Origin: Christensenellales bacterium
Lineage (GTDB): Bacteria; Bacillota; Clostridia; Christensenellales; DTU072
Length of the DNA stretch: 64,000 nucleotides
Reading direction: 5' to 3'
Assembly (NCBI GenBank): GCA_050945855.1
Contig: JBMNTS010000001.1
Span: 21,587 to 85,586 of the forward strand
Shown here: piece after piece, positions 46,585-55,783 of the stretch
Layout: each line of letters starts with the position of its first letter
Numbering within the stretch: position 1 is the stretch's first letter
Position numbers and translations under genes: made by a program
Notes under the pieces: generated by a model
What the model was told of the DNA's origin: nothing
The model's database searches: none
Seen by the model: the letters and a program-made list of their open reading frames with translations, nothing else

Positions 46585-48753
46585 CTACATCATTTGTTGC
46601 GGATTGACTTCCGCAAATATCGAAACTCCTTTTATGCTAAAGTTTTTTACTTCGGAAAATACCAAAGGCGTAAGCCTTTCTTTGTCATTTTCCAAAAACA
46701 TCACTATCTGATAGCGGTGCTTGTTGTCTATCCTTTTTATGGGGGCGGGCATTGCCTGCAGTCTGGATATCCCTTCATTAGCCTGCGCCAAACTCCTAAG
46801 CTGCCTGTACAGGGATTGCGTGGCAAGCAGGGTATCCTTTTGCTCCTCGCCGTACAGCAGAATGCGAATTATTTTGGAATAAGGCGGAAATTTTGTGGCT
46901 TTGCGCACGCTGCTCTCTTTTTCGTAAAAGCCTTCGTAGTTGTATATGCCCGCGTACCTGAACACATAATGGTTGGGGTTATAGGTCTGCACAATCACCC
47001 TGCCTTCCTTCTGCCCTCTCCCCGCTCTGCCCGCGACTTGCGTAATAAGCTGAAAGGTGCGCTCCACGCTGCGATAATCGCTAAAGTATAGGGAAAGGTC
47101 CGCATCCAGTATGCCTACTAAGGTAACGTTGTCAAAATCATGCCCTTTGGCTATCATTTGGGTACCCACAAGCGCGTCCGCTTTCTCCTTCCGGAAGGTA
47201 TCCAGTATTTCCCGATAGCTGTTTTTGGTCAGTGTGGTGTCATTATCCATACGCAATACTCTGATTTCCGGGAAAAGTGCGGCAAGCTCTTCCGCCACCC
47301 TTTCCGTACCCATGTGCCCCTCTTTCAGGCTGCCTCCGCATAAGGGACACTTGTCAATCAAATAAAACTTTCTGCCGCAATAATGGCATTTTAACAGCTT
47401 GTCGTCATAGTGATATGTAAGGCTGACGTCGCATCCCGGACATTTGCTTACGTAACCGCACGCCCTGCACCGCAGAAAGCTTGCGTATCCCCGTCGGTTA
47501 ATAAACAGCATAGCCTGCTCTTTATTATCAAAGGTTTGCTTAAGCGCGGACAACAGGGTCTGGGAGAATATCCCCATATTGCCCTCTCTGATTTCACGCC
47601 GCATATCAATTATTTCCATGTGCGGCAAAATCTTGCGGTTGACTCTCTCTTTTAATCTGATTAGAGTATAATTCTTGTCCAGCGCTTCTTTATATGTATC
47701 TAAGGAGGGCGTTGCGCTGCCCAAAATCAGGTTTGCCCCGTTATATGCCGCGCGGTATTCCGCTATATCTTTGGTAATGTAACGCGGATTGGACGTGCTG
47801 ACGTAGCTTGAGTCGTGCTCCTCGTCCATTATAATAACCCCGATGTTTTTCAAAGGGGCGAATATCGCGCTCCTTGCTCCCAACGCAACTTTTGCTTTGC
47901 CGGATAACAGTCTGCGCCACTCGTCATACCTTTCGCCGGCGGACAGCCCGCTGTGCAAAAGCGCGACGCCGTCACCGAATCTTGCCCGGAAAATGCTTAA
48001 CATTTGGGGAGTGAGCGCAATCTCGGGCACCAGCATTATCGCGCTTTTACCGTCTTTTAATGCGCGCTCAATTATCGCAAGGTATATTTCGGTCTTGCCG
48101 CTGCCGGTCACGCCGTGCAACAGAAACTTTCCCTTTTGATTATTGATTTGCTCTATCGCCGCCGTTTGCGAAGGGCTGAGCCTGACCTGTTTTTGCAGTA
48201 TTTCTCCCTCCGGGCGGCGATATATCTCTATTGCCTTTCTTATAAGAATATCTTTCTCCAGCAGAGCCTTTATCGCGCTATGCCCCGCGATAGCCGCCAG
48301 CACGCTCTCGTACTCTCCGTTTTCTTTAAGCAAATCCAATATCCGCGACTGCCTTGTTGCTCTTGCGGGTATACTGTTTTTTGCGTTTTGGTAACCTAAA
48401 GCGGGATTTATTTCCAGATACGCCTTTTGCTGCGCTCTTGCTTTCCCGCTCCTTAACTCGCCGGGCACAAACAGCCTTACGCAATCGGCAAGGCGCAGGC
48501 AATAGGTACGGTTCAGCATTTTGGCAAGCTCAATCAACTCCTCGCTGATTGCGACAAAATTATCTAAGGGGCGGATAATATCTTTTGTGGTGAATTCCGA
48601 AGTTTCTTTCTTGCCGATAACGTACCCTTCCGCTTTTTGTCTGCCGAAGGGCACCAACACTCTTTGCCCGACAGCAACGTCAAATTGCGCGCTGTAATCG
48701 AATACTCTGTCCAGCTCATCGCTATTGATATCGACAATCACTTCATAAATCAT
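46585..48753 (-). CDS. priA: Primosomal protein N'
   Basis: GVTGSGKTE, DEEH, GSATPS, NRRGY, two Zn fingers (four CxxC pairs), GTQMIAKGHDF, QVAGRAGR. Confidence 0.97.
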   Translation of the reverse strand: MIYEVIVDINSDELDRVFDYSAQFDVAVGQRVLVPFGRQKAEGYVIGKKETSEFTTKDIIRPLDNFVAISEELIELAKMLNRTYCLRLADCVRLFVPGELRSGKARAQQKAYLEINPALGYQNAKNSIPARATRQSRILDLLKENGEYESVLAAIAGHSAIKALLEKDILIRKAIEIYRRPEGEILQKQVRLSPSQTAAIEQINNQKGKFLLHGVTGSGKTEIYLAIIERALKDGKSAIMLVPEIALTPQMLSIFRARFGDGVALLHSGLSAGERYDEWRRLLSGKAKVALGARSAIFAPLKNIGVIIMDEEHDSSYVSTSNPRYITKDIAEYRAAYNGANLILGSATPSLDTYKEALDKNYTLIRLKERVNRKILPHMEIIDMRREIREGNMGIFSQTLLSALKQTFDNKEQAMLFINRRGYASFLRCRACGYVSKCPGCDVSLTYHYDDKLLKCHYCGRKFYLIDKCPLCGGSLKEGHMGTERVAEELAALFPEIRVLRMDNDTTLTKNSYREILDTFRKEKADALVGTQMIAKGHDFDNVTLVGILDADLSLYFSDYRSVERTFQLITQVAGRAGRGQKEGRVIVQTYNPNHYVFRYAGIYNYEGFYEKESSVRKATKFPPYSKIIRILLYGEEQKDTLLATQSLYRQLRSLAQANEGISRLQAMPAPIKRIDNKHRYQIVMFLENDKERLTPLVFSEVKNFSIKGVSIFAEVNPQQMM

Positions 48754-48754
48754 T

Positions 48755-48943
48755 TTAATAATTGAATTTTATTTTATCCTCATAAAATTCCTTGGCAGCA
48801 TAGGTTATAGCCTTGCAATTGGATTTTTCCAGCGCTTCCTCCTCCAGGGCAAGCAATTCCTTGGCGCGCTTTGCCACTACGCATACCAGCGCGAATCTGC
48901 ACTTGGATTTTTCAATCAATTTATCTACAGGCGGGTCTATCAT
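48755..48943 (-). CDS. rpoZ: RNA polymerase omega subunit
   Basis: MIDPPVDKL..RFALV.VVAKRAKEL; gmk-rpoZ order; AAAGGAGG RBS. Confidence 0.92.
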   Translation of the reverse strand: MIDPPVDKLIEKSKCRFALVCVVAKRAKELLALEEEALEKSNCKAITYAAKEFYEDKIKFNY

Positions 48944-48965
48944 AAAATCGGTACCTCCTTTGCTC

Positions 48966-49586
48966 TCATTTGGCTTTTATACTTGTCAAAAGCCTGTTGA
49001 CCAACATTTCGTTATTTGTTATTTTCGCGCGCTCGGCTTTGATAATCGCCTTTACTTCTTCCACGCACGCGTTAAGGTCGTCGTTAATGGCTATATAATT
49101 GTAGTCTACAATGCTGTTCAGTTCCGCCTCACCCAGACGCAGACGCTCTTCCCTGCAGAATGTGTCCTCTGTCCTTCTCTCGTCCAGCCTGCGGCGAATC
49201 TCATTGGGATTAGAGGGCGTAATAAAGATGAGAACAGCGTCTTTGTAAATCTTTCTGACGTACTCCGCGCCTATCGTTTCTATTTCCAGCACTACGTCAT
49301 TGCCCGACATAAGCGCATCGTCCACCGTTCTTTTAAGGGTGCCGTATCTGTTGCCGTATTTGTTGATATGCTCCAGAAACTCCCCGTTTTCCACCATTCG
49401 CGCAAACTCGCTTTCGCTTACAAACCAATAATTTACTCCGTTGATTTCGCCCGCACGGGGAGGACGGGTTGTGACCGATGTGGAATATACCATATTGTCT
49501 ATCTGATCGAATACGCTGCTAAGCACCGTGCCTTTGCCCGCTCCCGAAGGGCCGGAAAGCACAAACAGAATACCTTTACGCTGCAT
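48966..49586 (-). CDS. gmk: Guanylate kinase
   Basis: SGPSGAGKGT, SVTTRPPRAGE, YGT. Confidence 0.96.
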   Translation of the reverse strand: MQRKGILFVLSGPSGAGKGTVLSSVFDQIDNMVYSTSVTTRPPRAGEINGVNYWFVSESEFARMVENGEFLEHINKYGNRYGTLKRTVDDALMSGNDVVLEIETIGAEYVRKIYKDAVLIFITPSNPNEIRRRLDERRTEDTFCREERLRLGEAELNSIVDYNYIAINDDLNACVEEVKAIIKAERAKITNNEMLVNRLLTSIKAK

Positions 49587-49635
49587 AGAGCTTCACCATT
49601 TTATTCTTACGTCCTTTGCCGTTGTATTTAAGGGT

Positions 49636-50508
49636 TTATTCCACGTTCTGGGCTTGTTCCCTTATTTTTTCTATCTCGTTTTTCATCAGCAACACATATT
49701 TGGTAATATCCAAACTGTTGCATTTGCTCCCTATCGTATTAATCTCCCTGTTGCATTCCTGCACCAGAAAATCCAGCTGCCTGCCCGCTTCCTTGCCGTC
49801 TCTCAGAATTTTTCCGAGGTGAGTAAAATGGCTTTTCAGCCTTGTTATCTCCTCGTCTATGCTGCTTCTGTCCGCGAAAAGCGCAACCTCGGTAAGCAGC
49901 CTGCTTTTGTCAATATCCAGTCCCGCGGTGTACTCTTTGAGCAGCGTTTCCAGCTTTTGGGAGTATATTGAAACCACATTGGGAGCGGCCTGCTCGATTT
50001 TCCCTAAATATTTTTTGGATTGTGACAACATTTGCCTGATTTTGGCGCCCAGTTGCTCTCCTTCGGAGGCGCGCATCCTGTTTAGCTCCGCCACCGCTTT
50101 GCCGCAAGCCTCCGTAACGCATTCAAGCAACGTTTCCTCATCCTTCTCCACCTGATTGATTGTTACCATTTCGGGTAATTTAAGAAGCGCGGAGGCGGTG
50201 AGGTCGTATGTTACGCCCAACTCCGCCAGCTGCCTGCCCGCGTTAAGATAAGCGGAAGCAAGATCTTTGTTAAGCTCTACCGAAAAACGCCCTTCCCGCG
50301 TGTCCTTTACTTCCAAAAAAACGTCAATATGCCCGCGCTTGACCGAAGCGCCTATAATGCGGCGCATAGGCTCCGAATAATTGACATAAGCCTTGGGCAA
50401 CTTGAAGGATAAGTCTAAAAACCTATGATTAACGGCCTTTAATTCCACCGTTACCGCGATATTCTCTCTTTCTGCCAGGCCTTTGCCATAGCCGGTCATA
50501 CTAAGCAA
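49636..50508 (-). CDS. yicC: YicC/YloC family endoribonuclease
   Basis: SMTGYG, VNHRFLD, IDEEITRL.SH, GRQLDFLVQECNREINTIGSK, IREQAQNVE. Confidence 0.94.
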   Translation of the reverse strand: MLSMTGYGKGLAERENIAVTVELKAVNHRFLDLSFKLPKAYVNYSEPMRRIIGASVKRGHIDVFLEVKDTREGRFSVELNKDLASAYLNAGRQLAELGVTYDLTASALLKLPEMVTINQVEKDEETLLECVTEACGKAVAELNRMRASEGEQLGAKIRQMLSQSKKYLGKIEQAAPNVVSIYSQKLETLLKEYTAGLDIDKSRLLTEVALFADRSSIDEEITRLKSHFTHLGKILRDGKEAGRQLDFLVQECNREINTIGSKCNSLDITKYVLLMKNEIEKIREQAQNVE

Positions 50509-50510
50509 TG

Positions 50511-51482
50511 CTACACCCCTATTTTAAATAAATGGTCCGCTTCCGCCGTTACCTCCGAAACTTCCTTTCCGCGAATTAACAGCGTCTTGTCGCCTTTTAC
50601 TATCTTGCCTATGATTGTGCCTTTTATTTGCGCCTTTTCCAGTTCCCTTACCACCTTTTCGCCTTCGGGAGAACAAATCAGCAGGCTTCCGCTGGAAATC
50701 AGCCGCAACGGGTCGATGTTCAACGCCTCCGCTATTTTCTTTGTGACTTCCAATAGCGGAATCTTATCCGCGTAAATCTCCGCTCCCGCGCCCGCTGCCT
50801 GCGCCATTTCGCTTACCGCGCCTATAACTCCGCCTTCGGTAACGTCATGCATGGCGTTCACCTTTAAGGAGGAGGCCATTTTGCCCTCCTGGGCTATGCT
50901 TAGCATACCGGACAAAGAGCGGGCGTACTCCAATTCCTCTTGGGTCAGCGCGCCTTTCAGTCTGTCCGCCATATCCGAAGCGATTATAGCGGTGCCTTCC
51001 AACGCCGCATACTTTGTCAACACAATATCGTCCCCTATCTGTGCCCCCGAGGCAAAAACGGGGTTGTCGCTTTTGCCGATGGCGGTGGCGCACACTATTA
51101 TCCTCGTTACCGCGTCCGAAAACTCGGTATGCCCGCCTATTATCTGCATATTTTGCGCTATCGCTTCCCGCTCCGCGTCTTGCATTATCTTTTTAATTGC
51201 CTCAAGGCGTGTATCGGGAGGGGCGATAATGGTAAGAAGGATAGCGACGGGCTCTCCTCCGCAACTGATAATATCGTTGGCGTTTACCTGAATTGCCAGT
51301 GAGCCTATGTTTTCGCCCGCTCCTGTAATGGGGTCGGAGGTAATCAGACCTTCCCCTTCCAAAGCGAAAGCGGCGCAATCCAACGCCAGAGAACTGCCGG
51401 TCTTTATCTCTGCCCTTCTGTGCCCTATTACGCCTAAAACATTGTCCTTAAGCTCTTCGTTGGTTAGCTTACCATATCTCAT
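50511..51482 (-). CDS. AIR synthase (PurM/HypE/ThiL) superfamily protein
   Basis: DCA, TSDPIT, VNANDI, IIGGHTE, AMHDVTEGG, DPLRLISSG. Confidence 0.85.
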   Translation of the reverse strand: MRYGKLTNEELKDNVLGVIGHRRAEIKTGSSLALDCAAFALEGEGLITSDPITGAGENIGSLAIQVNANDIISCGGEPVAILLTIIAPPDTRLEAIKKIMQDAEREAIAQNMQIIGGHTEFSDAVTRIIVCATAIGKSDNPVFASGAQIGDDIVLTKYAALEGTAIIASDMADRLKGALTQEELEYARSLSGMLSIAQEGKMASSLKVNAMHDVTEGGVIGAVSEMAQAAGAGAEIYADKIPLLEVTKKIAEALNIDPLRLISSGSLLICSPEGEKVVRELEKAQIKGTIIGKIVKGDKTLLIRGKEVSEVTAEADHLFKIGV

Positions 51483-51544
51483 CAGCTAAAATTATACCAT
51501 ATAATCTACGCCCGCGCAATTAATTAATGCCTTTCATAAACCCG

Positions 51545-52405
51545 TCAGAAACGCATAAGCGCGGAACACCCGCAAGGCAGGACTAAGCCGCTCTCCTCCT
51601 CTATGCCTACCTCATACGCCGTCACGCTGTGGTTTTTATCCTTAAATACCGATTTTAGCACGTTGGAGATAGCGGCGGGCTGCAGCCCGGTAGTATACGA
51701 ATTTAATAAATAAAAGAGAGGATTATCGCTAAGTATTTCTTTGGTTGACCTCACTAAGTCAAAAAGCGCCTCTTCCAGCTTCCACTTTTCGCCGGCAGGA
51801 CCTCTGCCGTAGCTGGGAGGGTCCATAATAACCGCATCGTAACGCTTGCCCCGTCTTATCTCCTTTTGCACAAACTTAAAGCAGTCATCCACTATAAATC
51901 TTACCTTGTCCGTATCCAGCTTGCTTGAAAGCACGTTTTGTTTGGCTCTGGCGCACATAGCCTTGGCGGAGTCCACGTGAGTCACTCTTGCGCCCGCGCT
52001 TAATGCCGCAAGCGTCGCTCCGCCCGTATACGCAAACAAGTTGAGCACGGCGCATTCCCGCCGGAAACCTTGGATTAGTTCAATTATCGTAGCCCAGTTT
52101 GCCGCCTGCTCGGGGAAAACCCCCGTATGCTTAAAGCCCATCAGTTTAAGATGAAATACAAGGTCGCGCCAGCAAGCGGTGAATTCCTCCGGCATAGGTG
52201 CAAGATACCTCCATCTGCCGCCGCCGTCGCTGCTTCTTTCGTATATAGCGTTCAATCCCCGCTCTTTAAATAAGTCCCTATCCTGCCGCCATATTGCCTG
52301 AGGGTCCGGCCTTAGCAATTTGTAAGGACCGTAAGCTTCCAGTTTGTAGCCGTCCGAAGAGGCGATAAGGCGAAAATCCCGCCATTCGTTATTAGTCTTA
52401 ATCAT
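51545..52405 (-). CDS. Class I SAM-dependent methyltransferase (RlmI/K-like)
   Basis: RPDPQAIW, FKHTGVFPEQA.NW, VLNLFAYTGG, MDPPSYGRG. Confidence 0.88.
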   Translation of the reverse strand: MIKTNNEWRDFRLIASSDGYKLEAYGPYKLLRPDPQAIWRQDRDLFKERGLNAIYERSSDGGGRWRYLAPMPEEFTACWRDLVFHLKLMGFKHTGVFPEQAANWATIIELIQGFRRECAVLNLFAYTGGATLAALSAGARVTHVDSAKAMCARAKQNVLSSKLDTDKVRFIVDDCFKFVQKEIRRGKRYDAVIMDPPSYGRGPAGEKWKLEEALFDLVRSTKEILSDNPLFYLLNSYTTGLQPAAISNVLKSVFKDKNHSVTAYEVGIEEESGLVLPCGCSALMRF

Positions 52406-52408
52406 AGT

Positions 52409-55156
52409 TTATAAAGTAATGTAGCTGTCGATTTCCGCAATCTTTTGCGTGTAATCGGTATTGCGGTCAATTATCGCCAACGCCTGAATAAACTTTTTGG
52501 CTTCGATATAGTCGCCCGCCTGACTAAGCTCTCTGGAGAGTTTAAGCAGTTTTATCATTAATTCCTGTTTAATGCTTTGTCTGGCGTTGTTAAAATCCGC
52601 CTTATCCATATCCAGGGCAAAATCCTCTTTGTAAATATCCAGCATTATGTTCATTAACTCTATCTGCTTTTTGATATTGATTTCCCGCTTGTACTGGCTT
52701 GCGATTCTGGCGTAATCCAGGTAGTCGATGCTTACGTCTTTAAGGGTAAGTATATACTTGGTATTCATATACTCCAGCTTAAAGTCCACGTTATACTGCG
52801 ACAGCGTTTTCCTGATTATATTATTGGTAGTTTTTAGATTGTTAATAGCGGACTCGTATAAATAATCCTTCCATAAGTAATTGATAATCACGTTGCGGTC
52901 TATGCCCTTTTCGCCCGCCAGGATATAATGGAAAAAGAGTTCCTTGGCTTTGCGGGTTTTCCACGCTATCTCCTCCTCCTTATACAATACGCTTGTTGTA
53001 CCGAAAAGTTTGATTTTGAGATTGCCCGTCCTTTTTTTCTGCGCTTTCTTTTTGCTTACGGCAAGATATATGTTATTGAGATAATCGGTCTCGATGTTGT
53101 TCTTGATGGCGAAATCGAAAAGCGGCTCGAAGATGTCTATATTGTCCACAAGCACTATTTCCATGCCGTAAATATAGGAGGACTTGATAATGTTCCTGAT
53201 CAGCTTTTGCGCGTCCTTCAATTCGTCCGTGTTTAACAAATGAGTGGTGGCTATAGCCATACCTATAAGCCAGAAAATCGAGCGCGCCTTGGAGGTTTTT
53301 ATACACTGGGTGGCATAAAAATAGGCTTGTTCCGGCGATTTAAGCTTATAATAGCAAAACGCCATCGCGCATAAGAGCATATTGGCATATTGAGGATAAT
53401 ATGTTTCGCAATATTTAAGATATATATGCGTGATTTCCTTGGCGTAATTTATATCGCCGTACCGGGCGTAAGCCATGGAGCGCAAGGTGATATTAAAGAA
53501 TTTTGTAAGCGAATTGGTCTTATCAAGCTGCACCGCGTTGTCAAACAATCTTAACGCCTCTTCTATATTTCCGTTATAAAGCTCGGTATTGGCAAGCGCG
53601 GTATAAAGGTAGCTGACGTCCTTTGTTATCTCGTTACGCTCGGCAAAATCCAGCGCTTCCTGCGCCATGCTGCGGGTGGCTTCTATGTTGCCGGAATAGT
53701 AGTAAAACATTACGATATTATGCGGTATAACGTAAAAAGGGATTATTTCCCTGATTCTGTTAATCAACTGCACCGTTTTTTTGTAATTGCCTATGTCGAA
53801 ATACGCCTCGCTGACCGCCTGCAATACCTTGGGATACCAGATTTGCCCGCTGTTTTGCTCGGTAAGCAATTTGTCCTCCACTATCTTGATGTAATTGAAA
53901 TCGATGGATATATCCAATTCCCTGTATACCAGCGGGATAAGACAGAACACGTCCGAAAGCAAGGGCTCTGTTTCCGTTATTTTACTCCGCAGCGATGTGA
54001 TAAAATCATAAGCCTTATTGTACAGTTTTTGAGCGCAAAGGGTTTTTACGATAAGATTGCAGCAATAATACATCGCTTCGGACTTTTCTTCAAATTCCTT
54101 CAGTAAGCTGTTCAGGCTGTCGTAAGCCGCGTCATAGTTGCCCAAATAATAGGATATGAGAGAAAGGTATATCCGGTAATGCGGGTATTTCTTGGTGTCT
54201 ATAAATAAAACCTTTTTAATATATTCCGCATAGTAGTTGAGCTTATGCATAAAGCTTTCATCCATCAAGCCCTTTTCTATGCATTTTTCAATATTTTCTA
54301 TGTCCTCGGCTTGGGTATACGCCAAAAAGGCGGTGTACAATTCTCCTTTTTCTTTAAGATAATCGCCGTAACGCTTGTATACATTCTCCTTGGAAAAGCC
54401 CCCATTGTTGTTTTCCAGAATCAAATAATCCCTAAAAAGGGGATTGATAAAATACTTATCCTTTTCTCTGCGCACCACGTACCAGCTCTTGCGGCACAGC
54501 AATTCCAGCAATTCCTCGCTTTCGGGATAAAAAGTTTTGGTAAAATCGGCGTTTATGCATCTTAGCGGGGCGACGTAGGACAAAAACGCCCTTTGTTCAT
54601 CGTCCAAATCCTCCACGCAGCTTTCAAAATCGTGCGTCTTTGCCCTTTTGCCCATTAAATTTTCGTCTATCAAAATGGGATAGCGCGGCTCAAAGCGCCT
54701 GTAATCAAAATTGATGAATTTTTGCGCGCTGATTAGCACCTTTAAGTTTTTGGGACAATGCTTGATAAGCCTTTCTATAAGTCCTAAGTCAAAGCCTTCG
54801 GGCGCGTCGTCCAGATGCTCGAGCACTACCAGAAAATTGCCTTTAAGAGAAGCTATGTAATCCAGTATCGCGTTTATTATTATCTTTTCGTTATTGTATT
54901 CGGAATAGCAATTATAAAGCTGCCTGACCTTGAGCAAAGCCACGGGGTCTTTTACCACTTTTTCCGCAAACGTAAGAGCGAAAGCTTCCATACTGTCGCA
55001 TACGGCGGAAAACCAAAAGACCTTTTCGTAACGGCTGCCCAGCTCGGAGATAAAGGCGGCCTTGCCCGTACCGTTAGGCGCAAACAACATTATGGCGGCA
55101 TTTTCGTTGCTCATTATGTCGTTGATCAGCTTGTTGGTGTTGATTTGAATATCCAT
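52409..55156 (-). CDS. Large (915 aa) putative transcriptional regulator: degenerate MalT-like NTPase + TPR repeats + C-terminal SARP/BTAD-like region
   Basis: N-terminal APNGTGKA P-loop-like and LVVLEHLD Walker B-like segments; TPR-like helices; C-terminal LKIKLFG..V....EIAWKTRKAKELF.Y.......DR..IINYLW......AINNLKT....IRK, a SARP-type winged-helix pattern. Confidence 0.7.
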   Translation of the reverse strand: MDIQINTNKLINDIMSNENAAIMLFAPNGTGKAAFISELGSRYEKVFWFSAVCDSMEAFALTFAEKVVKDPVALLKVRQLYNCYSEYNNEKIIINAILDYIASLKGNFLVVLEHLDDAPEGFDLGLIERLIKHCPKNLKVLISAQKFINFDYRRFEPRYPILIDENLMGKRAKTHDFESCVEDLDDEQRAFLSYVAPLRCINADFTKTFYPESEELLELLCRKSWYVVRREKDKYFINPLFRDYLILENNNGGFSKENVYKRYGDYLKEKGELYTAFLAYTQAEDIENIEKCIEKGLMDESFMHKLNYYAEYIKKVLFIDTKKYPHYRIYLSLISYYLGNYDAAYDSLNSLLKEFEEKSEAMYYCCNLIVKTLCAQKLYNKAYDFITSLRSKITETEPLLSDVFCLIPLVYRELDISIDFNYIKIVEDKLLTEQNSGQIWYPKVLQAVSEAYFDIGNYKKTVQLINRIREIIPFYVIPHNIVMFYYYSGNIEATRSMAQEALDFAERNEITKDVSYLYTALANTELYNGNIEEALRLFDNAVQLDKTNSLTKFFNITLRSMAYARYGDINYAKEITHIYLKYCETYYPQYANMLLCAMAFCYYKLKSPEQAYFYATQCIKTSKARSIFWLIGMAIATTHLLNTDELKDAQKLIRNIIKSSYIYGMEIVLVDNIDIFEPLFDFAIKNNIETDYLNNIYLAVSKKKAQKKRTGNLKIKLFGTTSVLYKEEEIAWKTRKAKELFFHYILAGEKGIDRNVIINYLWKDYLYESAINNLKTTNNIIRKTLSQYNVDFKLEYMNTKYILTLKDVSIDYLDYARIASQYKREINIKKQIELMNIMLDIYKEDFALDMDKADFNNARQSIKQELMIKLLKLSRELSQAGDYIEAKKFIQALAIIDRNTDYTQKIAEIDSYITL

Positions 55157-55182
55157 TTTAGCTCCATTGACCGATGAATAAT

Positions 55183-55225
55183 TATATTGTAAATATATTG
55201 TAAATTAAACGTAAAAAAAAGTCAA
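55183..55225 (-). promoter_or_regulatory. sigmaA promoter overlapped by 11-bp direct repeats
   Basis: TTGACT-17-TACAAT; minus-strand repeats TTTACGTTTAA / TTTACAATATA / TTTACAATATA at 55183-55215. Confidence 0.65.
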
Positions 55226-55279
55226 TGAAAAAACGTCGTTTTTGTTTAATTATTATTCCCGAACAGAGGCCTGACTGCC

Positions 55280-55783
55280 CTAAAAAGGCTTTTTGGGAAG
55301 GGAATTTACATATCTTGTAAATTTTATGTTATAGCCGTTATCAATGACGGGCTCGCTTTCGTCCGAAAGGCTCCATTCCGGGAGCCGGTCAAGATTGGGG
55401 AAAAAGTATTCGGCATTGGCAGTGGCGTCCACTTTTGTTATTAACGCTTCGTCGCAATATTGCAGGGTGGAGTGATAGAGCATAGCTCCGCCCGCGATAA
55501 AAATGTCATCGGAATCATACTTTTTAAGCTCGGAAAACAGTTCGTCCAAGTCGTAAACGGCGGTAAAAGTATCCGTGCTTTTGAAAATCTGCGTGACCAC
55601 AATGGTTTTCCTGTTCGGCAGAGGCTTGCCCGAAGGTAAGGACAGCAGCGTGTTATGCCCCATTACCACCACCTTGCCCAAAGTGCGCTCTTTGAAATAT
55701 GCCAGGTCTTTAGGCAGGCGGAATAGCAATTGCCCTTGTCTGCCGATACCCCAGTTATTGTCCACTACCACTATGGATTTCAT
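55280..55783 (-). CDS. folA: Dihydrofolate reductase
   Basis: WGIG..GQL, LPKDLAYFK, VVMGHNT, PLPNR, IAGG, FFP; start 55783 (ATGA overlap with thyA). Confidence 0.93.
   Translation of the reverse strand: MKSIVVVDNNWGIGRQGQLLFRLPKDLAYFKERTLGKVVVMGHNTLLSLPSGKPLPNRKTIVVTQIFKSTDTFTAVYDLDELFSELKKYDSDDIFIAGGAMLYHSTLQYCDEALITKVDATANAEYFFPNLDRLPEWSLSDESEPVIDNGYNIKFTRYVNSLPKKPF

Noticed and set aside
48813..49631. 272-aa plus-strand ORF
   Set aside because: Antisense shadow of gmk/rpoZ; no recognisable motifs or RBS.
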